A DNA stretch of 64,000 nucleotides from Macrostomum hystrix. Lineage: Eukaryota > Animalia > Platyhelminthes. The position numbers and the translations under genes are program-made. This document shows, one piece after another, positions 50,401-62,400 of the stretch. Every line of letters starts with the position of its first letter. Positions within the stretch are counted from its first letter, which is position 1. The notes beneath the pieces were generated by a model. The model made no database searches. It had not been told where the DNA came from and saw only the letters and a program-made list of their open reading frames with translations. The stretch spans positions 20,088,001 through 20,152,000 of the forward strand of contig CATNEN010000039.1 in the NCBI GenBank assembly GCA_950097015.1. Reading direction: 5' to 3'.

Positions 50401-53400
50401 TTTGTTTTCTCTGAGCAGTGCCCGCGTTTCTTTTCCGGCGCAGGGCAGTGGACTTTTTTAGAGTGGCAACGATGCTCAGGGCGGCAATGCTTTTGCTGCT
50501 GAAACAGAGTCGTGCAGACACGAATGCGTCCATTTGAACAATGAACTTTTTTTCTTGGTTTCTGGCAACCGCACGGTTTCCAGCTTGCACGATGACGCCT
50601 GTGGCAGCGTCCATCTTTGTCCAAGTGGTAGCTGGTGTGCGTCAGGCGTCGACGACCGTGTGCGCAACGACTAGCATGGTTTTTCGGAGGCGGACAGCGG
50701 CACCGAGAATGAACCGTGCGCATTCGAGGTCGACACTTGCATTGAATATTGCGATACACAGTTATGCGCTTTGTAAGAATGCCTGTATGGCGGTTACATG
50801 TCTGCCTTATATCGGGCTTTGGGCAGGTAACTCCCTTTGACCAGCGTTTTGTCAACGGACGAACACGACTTTGTCTCCACTCGAGGCCTGACCCAGAGTC
50901 TTTACCTATGATCTTTTCCTTGCGCAATTCAAAACGCGTGCTAATAAAAAACCAGCGATTGTCTTTGCAGTAGCGCTTCTTGACTGGTGGTCGCGTGCAG
51001 CAATCCTCTGATCCAACACGCTGCTTACATCGGCATTTGCAATGCTCCATCCAGCACTGCTGTAGAACGACGCGGCGCTTGCAGTCGTGTCGGTTGCATT
51101 TACTTTTTTTAATCGCCACCGGACGCTTTTGGCATCGATGCTCCGTAACTCTTCTTCGTTTCTTGCTCTTACAGTGGCCGTGATGTCTATGGTGCTCCTC
51201 TGTGTAATTGGTCTCTATGAAGTCATGCACGCAGCGACGTGATTTTTTTCGACCTTCACATCGGCACAGACGCCAGGAAACCCTACGATGTTCCTTGCAA
51301 CGACAGCCACTGAGAACGCTTCGCATGATGGCAATTTTGCGGTAGAGTCCTCCATCCTTTCCAGGGCGCTTGCCGCATTTAGTTAATGAAACTACCTTCG
51401 GTTTATCCCTGCAAACGACACGCTTCACTTTACGTTGCTCACGAAGCTCTCCTGTTTCCGGATTAATTATGGATGTTGTTGTTATTATGCGCCCCTTAGT
51501 GCACTGTTGCTTTCTACGCACTTTCCGGTGCTGCTTTGTCTTGCAACCAATACGCTGTACACGCTTTCTTTTCACGCATTTGCACCGATGCACTCTGTAA
51601 TATATTGTACAGATCTCGCGACGACCATTGTGACACTTGCCGTGCTGTACCGAACGCTTAGGACAATAGACATTGTGAGGCTCCGAACGCTCTGAATGGA
51701 CGCACTCGCGTCTACCGTGACGAATTATCAATTGAAAGCTTAACGACTGTTTCACAATCGTCTTACCACCCAACGGATCGCAAATCTTTCTGTGCTTTGA
51801 TTTGGGACAATCTGAAAATGAAAGAAGGTATGGATTGTCTTAACTTTTTAAATGCTTTGGAAATAAAAGTGAAAGTTTCGGCCTTTGGCAGCAAGTCTCT
51901 TACGGCATGGCTCCTTGTAAAGAAGTATCTTCTTTGGTCGACATTTTCCTTTGTAATGCTGATAAATAATTTTAAAAACGGCCCTTTGAAAACGCCCGTG
52001 CTTGCAAAGCTCACGTTCAACGCGTGGTTTTGGACAGGCGCACAGCTCAAAGCGGCGCATTGGTTTTGGAATACATTTACATTTGTGCAATTTATAAGCC
52101 CTGAATTTTATATAGCGTTGCCCAGTTCTTATGTTGCAGCGTGTTTTTCCCAGCTTCTTCGGCCCCGGGCAGTGAACTCGGTTATGCTTGCGACTCAAAC
52201 GACGCCTGCAATGCCCGCCATGCAAGTGATAGACCACGCGCTCGTGAATAATAGTATCTCGGCCTTGGCAACGGACAGCTAGCTTGGGTTTAGGACAACA
52301 ACAACGGCGCTTCTGCACGCGCACTTTTTTGTGGCAGCGGCAGCCGCTCTGGTGGAACGTGAAAACGCGATCGTGCGCAATGCATCTTTCCCGGATACAA
52401 CTTCCACGCTTGACGTCAACTTTTCGTGGGCATTCTGGAACGATTATCGACAAGGGATTAAGGTTTTGTCTAAGTGCCGGTAAATAATTTTCGAAGGGGT
52501 CGAGAGTAATAGGTGCTGTACTCACGGACGCGTTTGTATCTATGGTTCTCCACACGCTCACATGTCCTCCGGTCGGCACTGAGTCGAAACTTGATAGAGG
52601 TGACTTTAATTTGGCCCCCGTGGCACTTTTTTAAGAATTTTTCCTCTGGGCAGCAGCACTTTCTGTTTTCGATTATTTTCTTACGGTGGCATTTACAACC
52701 AGACAGAACATTGAAGCTAATTATCTTCACGTTGTTACAATCGTTGCAGGACTCTTTCACCTGCCTATTTTCGGCACAAGCGATCTGATTTCGTCTATTT
52801 GACACCTTCAACGCACACCGATTATCTTCTAGCACGTAATAATTTCGTTCGTGAACCAGTTCGTTTGTGTCTCTGTCGCAGAACTCTCGGTTTGTGCCGC
52901 GCTTGTGCTTGCAAGAGCAGACTTTGTCTATCCGTTTCGCGTGAAGCTTGCATCGGCATTCGCTCTTGTCTAGCGTGTACCACTTCACCGTTACAGTTCG
53001 AATGCCAGTTTCGTAGTTGCAACGGCCATGATGCACTAGTTTGTCTTCGCCATCAAATTTGCCTTTGCAGTCTGCAAAGTTTTTTTGAAAACATTTTTTT
53101 ATGCTTAAGATTGGGTGCTACAATAAGTTTTCATTACTTACCAACTACTTTTACCCAAGATTTGTGAAATACTCGACATTCTTTCGTTGTGACAATGAAC
53201 TTCTTTGTTGCTTGGTTTATCAAGTGGCTTCCGGTCTGGCGGTCACATTGTACATGTACTGTCACTCGCTTCTGTCCCAGCGGAGTGCAGCAGCAGCGCT
53301 GTTCCTGGCGATTTATTACCCTGACGCACTGCAAAGATCCGTCGCTCTGTCTTATTGCATTAAAACTCACAACCGTGATTTGACGCATGCAGGTCTTCTG

Positions 53401-56400
53401 GTCACATTGTCCTTGGCTTCGATCCTCCGGCGGACAAGCTGAAATAAATTAGCACAGGGTAGAACATCGTTTTGTTTAGGGTTAGCCCGGTGCTATGACG
53501 ATGACTTGGAAATTCCTATTCCACTGAAACAATGAATCTATTGAATTCAATAATGTGCCTACATGTGCCTTCGCACTTTCTTTCGATACAGTCTATTTTT
53601 CGTTTTTTAATAAATTTCATCGTTACATCTTCTTTATTATATTTTGTACTCAATGATGAGCACAACACTCACCACAAATCTCCTGAAAAACGCTCACACC
53701 CGCTGCTTGACATACACAGTTGATTACTTGCTGCCTTCTCACAGTAATAGTTCGATTTCTTGTTTCAAGATCACAGGCGCCAACCGATCGGGTTTCGTTA
53801 ACGCATGGTACCTCTCCAGCTCGTGTTGTGGTGTTCACTGGTAAGCAAGTTCGCGTAGCAGAATCAAGCGACTGTCTAGTGCTTACTGTAGTTAGCTCAT
53901 TATTGATGCATTCACTTCGAGTTACCACTGTCGTAGGGCAGCAGCATCTGCGGCTGGTTATTGTGGTATCCAGAACGCAGGCACACGTAGGCTTGTCCAA
54001 GCGTCTCTCTATCGTTGTCACCGTTTCGAAACAGGCGTCAGTGTTGCACTCGGAGACTCTAACTGTGGGCGTACTTGAACAGTTTCTAGTTTCGAACTTT
54101 GTTTCTACAGATGCAATGCATTCTCCGTTGATTAAAGTTTCTAAAGTTCTGGTAAGCTTGATTATTCCGCTACTGCTATCACATTGAGCCGTAAAGTTTG
54201 TAGCTTGCGCACATCTGCACTTCTCAATTCTGCTGCTAATCAGCTGATTGACGCAGGCACAGTTGACAACTTCAGATCTGGTGGTTTCAATTTTGCGTGT
54301 TTCTCCATCGCATGGCGGATCCGTACTGCGAGTTTGGCCATCACATGTCACTAGTTCGTTTCTAATAGATGTCTCAGAATTGCAAGTGTGTGTGGTCTCA
54401 TTGAAAACCTTAGTGACTGTTGTTCGCTGCTTCATATTGTTGTTGACGCAAGCAAAGGTTACAACAGGCGTTGTGTCCAAGCAGCAGCAAGCTCTCGTTC
54501 CTTCTGTCACATTCTTCAATTCACAGCCGCACGTGTGCTTGTTCAAAACATTCAGAACTCGGGTGACACTCTGTTGACAAGTGCTCCGATCGCAAATTCC
54601 AAAAATTACAGGCGTTTCTGGAAGCTGACAGACTAAAATTGTTGAGCAGTGAACTCATTATTAAAACGACTACTTATCGACTACATAAATAAATAAATTG
54701 AAAGATTTAAAATAAGGCAGGTAAATATACCTGTCTTTGGCAGATACTTCAGATCTGAGTTCAAAACGCACTTATAAGAGGACAAAACCATGCGACTGGT
54801 TTCGATGGCCCAAAGACCAGTGGATTGCTGGCACAACCTGCGCGTGCGGACTCCACCCTCGCAGCAGCAGGTTCTGAAGTGATTTGTCTTAATCAGCTGT
54901 TTTTGACACCGACAGCCGACGCTTCGAAATTCCGTCACAAGCTTTCGACTGCGGCACTTGTAACAGCTAGACCAGTGCACTCTTTGCCTGGGCGGGCACT
55001 GAACTCGCTCAGTGTGATAGGTTACATGTCTGCGGCACGACTTAGAACATGTCTTCACTTTCAGTGAGTAAACGACAGTTTTAAGTTTCCAAATATTGTC
55101 ACGCACGCATGTCCGATGTAATTCATGCTTTGGGCATCCTGAAATCAATGTTTTCGTAATCTAGCTTTGCTCAATTCTTTAACGAACAGAATGTGCCAAC
55201 ATATGCAGCAGTAAAACTTAAAAAACTTACCACAGCATCGGCACGATCTACTTTGCACTAAGTGCATCTTGCATTCACAGTTCTGTGGGTTAACTCTCCA
55301 ATGGAAGGTAAGGATCTTCTTAAAGCAAGTATCCGGATTGCAGTCCGTTGAACGAATAACAGCAGCTTTGTTGCACGCTGAAAATGCATTTTTTAACTTG
55401 CAGTCACTCAGAGTCTTAATATTGATAAGAATTAAAAGTTTTTTTTTATAACTTACTGACGCTGAAAGTTTCTTCGGACCTGTCAGCTTTGCAGTCACCA
55501 TTCACCATTCTATAAGAGACGGACTTAACCAATCTTCTGCCGTTCACGCATGTCTTAACGACTCGACGCTTCGGGCAGTAACATTTTTGGTGTCGGCGCT
55601 TCTCATTGACCACAACACATCGGCGCTTATGGGCGTCGAATTTGCGGAAAATTATTTTGGTCACCGCCGTAGTCCGATGCCGGTCGCATGTCTGGCGTTG
55701 CACTTCCACTGGACAATCTAGGAAATCAGTTTAGTACACATCGAAATGAAAATTTTCATGCTTCAAAAAATCTCAAAAACAAATTCTTAAACACGTTATA
55801 AATTCATAATCATAGGTACACTCACGGCAGTTTATCATTCTCTTCTCAATCTTCTTTCGACATTTGCAGCTACGCTTGTCTCTGATGTAGTAAATGCGTT
55901 GGTACTGCATGCGGCCATGGACACAGGGACCATGCTTCATTTGACTGCTGTGACTACAGGCTAGAAAATATTTTTATATGTAGACTTTAGTTATTTGCGG
56001 CTCATGAGAACATTTTCCAACTTCCGACTATTTTATCCGAAAAAGTCGGTGGCGCACACTAACTGTGGGCAGAAAGCCAAGATTCAACTGTTTGTCTTAG
56101 AAGAAGTGGCCACGAGGACTTTAATTTCAGTAATTCTGTGAGTTAACTTTGCGCACAAATTCTATTAAGCCATTGTGGTTGAAAGGCAACTTACGAACTG
56201 GTATGGACTTGCGTACAAGCCTTGCGTGACACGCATCGATCTCTAAGTTCCACTTGTGGACTTGCATTTTGACAATGATGCTGCCGCGACGGTGGTCACA
56301 ATACCGACCGAGCACCTTGGGACTGCGGCAAGAGCATTTTTTGTAAGTAACATGCACCTTGGGCCCGCGGCAGCGGCAGTCCTGCATGCTGTATTCGCGC

Positions 56401-59400
56401 CGCTCCAGGCGCTGCTTTCCAGTTACGTGGTCACAAGGCGACCGCTGAATCTGCGGCTGCGGACAGTCTGGCTCCACTCGCTTCTCAGTGGCGACCCAGC
56501 GGCGCACACAGCTTTCACCGTTGAACTGCCACATCAGACGATAGACCACCAGTTGATTGCTGTGTTTGTCGCAGCGTTTTCTTACACTCAGCCTTTGGCC
56601 TTGATTTCTTTGCTTGCAATCTGTGCATTATTGACAGTAGACTATTGTTAATATAAATGATTTCGCGCTTTAGAGTGCAAGTATGAAATTTTGTGCCGTA
56701 CTCACATCCTGAGCATGATCCGACCACGCGCTTTACATGCTTGGTTCGACAGCGGCACTTTTTCTTTTCTAGCCACTGCATGAAGAGTACGAGCCGGCCA
56801 TTTATGCACTTTTTTACACTTTTCTTTTTTCGAGTGCCTTCACAGTGCGGCGTATCGATTCTGTGCTTCAGCTCGTGCGGCTCGCAATTACCTCTTGCGT
56901 CTCGTTTGAATAATGTCACAACATTAATGAGTTGATTTGCGTGGCAAATGAGCCGCACCACAGGCTGTCGTTCGCACACTGAAGAAGTAATGTGTGAAGA
57001 GATGCATTTATTTGAAAAAATACATTAGACTAATCTGTAAAGAGCTGCCACAATATGTTTATTAACAAGCAATAATGATTTCTAGTGCTTTCTTTCTTTC
57101 TTTTGGCGCGATCACTTACCCTCGCCTTCGCATGGATATCGCTTCTCGTCCACTTTTTTACTGCACTGGCAGTTTTCGTCCGCATGGAAGGTAAGCCGCC
57201 TGATCACAATGACCTGCTCTCCACTCTTGCACAGATCATTGCGCTCCACCTTCGGCTCCGGACAGTCCACTGGCACGCGCCGGATTCGCTTCATTGGCAG
57301 GCAGTGACACGAGTGTACTCGATAGTATTGATGGATGATCACTTGTTCCCCGGTCGCGCCGTCACACCTGACAATCTTCTTTGGTTGAGGGCAGCGCGTC
57401 GGGCACTTTTGACGTTCCTCGCGCCAGACGCAGCGGCAGTGCCTCACTGCTCGCCGTTTCACCACAATAAAGTCACCGTGACGCTCTCGCCTGATGTTGG
57501 TGAGGTCACAGTGTCGGCTGACATCCTTGCGAACGACGTACTTTTTCACTGAACAAGCCTGTGAATGAGAGAAAGAAAAAATCATGACTAACGTGAAGCT
57601 TTGATAAAAAACAAGCTACTAAAATATTTTTATTATTATATTATTAGTACGCACATGGCCCACGAGCTGAGCTTTGTATTTTCTCCAAGCGAGCACTCGC
57701 CCGTTTTCGCATTTCGGAGGCTTGTTCGGTGGTTTCTGGCAACAGCATGGCAGGTCCTGCTGATCTCTCTCTTCTGGTATGCAACGGCCATCCTCCATTC
57801 GGTACTCAACAACGGCTCGCGTCCTGCGACAGCGATTTGGGCAGCTGTCACTGACGGCTGGACAATGGGACGGACACTTCGACAGGCGTACTTGAGGTTC
57901 GCGGCAGCCGCACGCGACAAGTTTCGTCCGACTAATGCGGCTGCAGCCGCAGGTGCCTTCGGTGCGCTTCCACAGTTCGTAGAGCACTCGCCGATGCTTT
58001 ACTGTGTCATCTGGCTTCAGCAGCTGGCACGAGCCTCTGCGAATAACTCGCATTGGCTTGCACGCTGGAGGAACCAAGCGTTTTTTATCAAAGATAATTC
58101 GTATAATTTAGATGATTTTATTTGGCATAAACTTAAAGGAGGCTCTTAGACTCACATGTTACCCGAGTCTGGACCTCTCGGACCTCCTCGCAGGTGCCAT
58201 CCACCAGTTTGAAAACGAGCTTGCCCACCGCTACTCTGCCAGTCTCGCCGTTGCACTCGTGAATTGGCTTTGATGGTGGGCAGCCGCATCGCTCCGTGAT
58301 ATCCCGCCTCACTGGCTGGCATTCATGGTTCTCCAGGACGAATTTCGTTATCGCAATGCGCCTTTGCTCTCCGTTGCAGTCGCCTCGAACTATATTTGGC
58401 TTCGAACAGCCTATGAGATTGGTATTGCAAAGCAGGGACAAGAAGTTATTAGCATTTCGTGTGGATTGTAGGTAACAAAACTCAGATTTTTTATATTAAA
58501 GTTAAATTTTACAGTATAGGCCCAATAGAGTGGTAACATATAAGACTACGTCTCTGGACAAACGCCACTCTCTTTGCTACTTACAGCATCTTCCAGCTTC
58601 AGTCTCCTTTTGTCGTCGCATACAATTACAGTCATGCCGTTCGTACCAAGTCTCTTTTCTGAGCCGAACGCACCCGTTGCATAAGAAGTCAACATGATGC
58701 CGCCTTATGCATGGCACATTTTCTTTATGAGGCTTCACGACAGGCACACAGCGGCCATTCACGAGGTTAAACGAAATGAACCAGCGTACTTTTTCTAGGT
58801 TTCGTTGACAAATCACTGGCGTCCAGTGTGGCTTCGGGCAGTCGCACATCTCCTCGTACTGTTCCGTGATCAAGTCACATCGGCAGTTGCGCACGATTCC
58901 TCGAGTGATTTTTACGGGCCGTCGCTTCGTAACTACTTTGTCACAGTCACCGCGCTGAAAAACAGTTGAGCAGGTGACGTTGCGCACAAGAGTTTCGGTG
59001 ACGGCGGTGTTGCATGTGGTGCAGTCGCTTGACGGTGATAACACAGTGCTAATTAGGTACTCTTCTGAGTTCCTATAGCACACAGTCCGATTTGTGGTTG
59101 ACTGGCACTCGCAGCCGGGACTTCGAGTTGTCACGTTGCCGGACACATCAACGCAGCGCAACTCGCCGCTAATCTCTCGGACCGTTCGTACAATTCTGGT
59201 GACCTGCTCCTGGGTGCAGTAGTTGCAAGCCCGAGTCTCAACCCTGGTCTGCTGCGTCAGACACTCGTCGCAGGCTTCGTAGGCACTACTAGATTGGTTG
59301 CGCTGGCAGTGGCCACTGCTATCTGGCGCATAGCAGTACGTGGCGACCAGGCGATTCTTGTTCTGCGAATCACAAGGGCCTCGAACCGTCTTGCATGGCG

Positions 59401-62400
59401 GGCACTCTACAACAGTGTGGTAGCGAGAACAGGTGTTAACAGTAGAAATCCCACGGGGGGTATTTTATATACCCACATTTTTTCTGTATCTCCTAAATTA
59501 TTCAACCAATCGCCGGGAAAATCCAGAACACGGGTCTGTACGCTCTATCCGATGAAACAACTTCCAGAATTACAAAACATCGGCATCGTCTAGATATTCG
59601 ACGATCTCTTCGATTGTGTAACTCTGCCGGCTGTCATTGTTGACTATTTTGGATTGATTTAATTGTTATTATCTTCATTTTTAATATGGCTTCGCCATAG
59701 AGGTTTGTACAGAGCAATGTTAGTCCTTGTCACCAGGGTCAACGGACAAGAATCGCTTAATATTTCGATGATGCTGACTCAGATGGCATTAAATGTAAGT
59801 TTATTGAAAAGGGCGGAAAAAATTGATCCCGATGATGGACTTTCACAAAATCGATAATTCGGTTTGGGAGCTATCTTGAAGTAGGCCGTGGGTATTACAC
59901 CAATCAATGCAATCAATGCAGTTACTTTGAACTCACCGCAGCCACTCGGGTTGCAAGTCAGCTTGCACATTTGCCTGTAAAAGCTGTCACCGCACCGGCC
60001 CTGGGACTTAATCAGCTGACAGGTCTCTTTGCTAATCTGGTCCTGGCACGGCGCCTGACACTGATCACAGGTCAGCTTGCAGTATCGACGCATCTGCAGT
60101 GGGTATTTTTCGCAGTAGCCCTGCGCCTTCCAAGTCTCGCATACAGTGCGGTTCTCCCGATCGATGCACAGGTTGGAAATGCACTCGCACTCGTTTGGTA
60201 ATACACAGTTATTGCCATCCAGAACGTATCCCGACTTGCACTGGCAACCTGGCAGCGGAGCCTAAATAAAAATAAATAGTTTTCACGTAGAATCTTTCAA
60301 ATCATAAAAGCGCCTATAATTTATTTGCAAGCGATCATAGTAATTCCACCAGGTCGCAAAACTGGATATAGATCGCTCACCTGGTCGTTGACATTTCTGG
60401 ACTTGAAGCCAAACGGGGTGGCACAGCCTAGTGACTGCTTGCTAAAGAAGTGACGCGCACAGGTCCTCGGACAGAAGTCGGCCTCGTTCACAAACTCAGC
60501 GTTGTGGCCGCAAGATTTCGCTGCAATAGGAAATGGAGTTGCTTCGGATATATAAGTATGACTGTCTCAATCCAGGCTAGACCTAAGTGTACCTGGATTT
60601 CGATAATAGAATACAAACTCACGGCAAAAATCGGGCGATCGGAAAATCGGATAGCTGCTCCGGTTAGTGTTCGCCTGTTGCAGGTAGCAACGGAAAGCGG
60701 CGGCCTCCAGAGTGCCACAGACCAGTGAGCGCTGCCACATTGGATTGTCTGCAGAGGGAATGATGTGGTCATAAGAATAATCAGCAGGATCAAAGGATTG
60801 TTTCAAAAAGCTTTCAAATATCTTATTCGAAGCAACCAGGACAAGACCGCCGTCTTTCTGCTAACCTTTCGCCCTACAGTACAGAGCAATGCAGGCTCGC
60901 AGAAGCGGTTGCATTGCCGCCCCGCCGCAGTGCGCGAATGGCGACATGGCGTGAGCGTTAAGGTGGCCGCAGTTTGATACGGAGGCCGCCTCCAAGCTGG
61001 CGTTCGAACCGCAAGCAGGCGCGGGAGCTGGCAGAGGGCAGCAATCGCCCGTGGTGCAAACTGTTACCTGTGTAATCAGACAAAATTTCAATTCCAGTGC
61101 TTTTCTTTGGCAAACGATATTTTGTTAAAAGGCCAATAGGATCAACAAAATAGTCATGATCATACCTGGAAGCTGCGTCCCAGCGCGGCGCTGGGATCTG
61201 CTAACTGGGACACGTCCTGACCGGTGCTGTTGGTGAAATCGTCGCCTGGGCTCCCGTTGCAGTTGCCAAGTATGCCCCGAAGGCCACCTGAACTGCTGCG
61301 CACGCTGACGGTGGCTGCGGAGCCTCGCATCTGGACGTACAGCTCGCCGGCTGCGAACACCAGTGAGTCATCGATGTAGAAGGCCTCCACGCCGGAGGCT
61401 GAGTCCGAGAAGGGCAGCGGCTGAGCCACTGAGCCCACCTGTGAGTACGCATTGGGAGAAAACGCATCTAGACTGCCGTTGCAACTTGTCTGAGGTGGCG
61501 CATATTTGAAAAATGGCACGGAAACTATTTTATCTGCTACTTAGGGCAAGGGTGTTGCACCTTTAAGATTAGGTTACTGGTGAGCTCATAGCTGGCGCTG
61601 CCAATCACGATAACGACAGCGTCCAGCTGCGTCAGGTAAGGCAGGCTGGGGAAGCTGATTGCTTGGCGCACGCGCACTTGGAACTGGCTGGCCCGCTCGC
61701 TCAGCAGGTACTCGCATGGTCCGGGAAAGTCAATCAGCTGTCCATCGAAGGTAACAAATTGACCGCCGCTGAGGGCGCTGCCAATGCACTCTGGAAACAC
61801 CGAAGAAAACTTATAATTAGGAAAGCAGAAAATACACCTGATCATGTTAGGCTAAATGTATAGTCAGTGGCATTTAGAAAATAACTTGCAAATGCACCTC
61901 GGTTGAAGTATCTCTTGGACACTATCAATTACAAAAAACCTCCTTGCAATTCGCTAGAGTTATGTGACTTGCTCGAATATACCCCGAACTCACGGTACTC
62001 GGAGGTGAGTCGACACTTTTGCTGTGCTGTGCGCAGATTTTTGTAACACCTGCCGTCCTTGAGCTCGTAGTACACTGTTATCACCTGCTGATAGCCACGC
62101 ACGCAAGGCCCGTAATGCAGGCTGTTGTTCATTGGGCAGCCTTGAATTCAAAAGATCAGTCTGTACGTTTTTCATATCGCTAAAACGCCAATGAATCTTT
62201 AATACTGCATTATGCAGACCACAATAAAAAATTGTTTTAGTCAACTTGATTTAGTACTCGTTATCTCACCTGAGCAGTTCTCCGAGCGCAGGCTGCTGGC
62301 AATCTGACAGTAGGTGTCGTTGATCTTTGAAAAGGTCGTCACAGCAACTGTTCTCATACCATTGACGCAGGGTCCGGCGCGGGTGATGGGTGCCCTGTCG

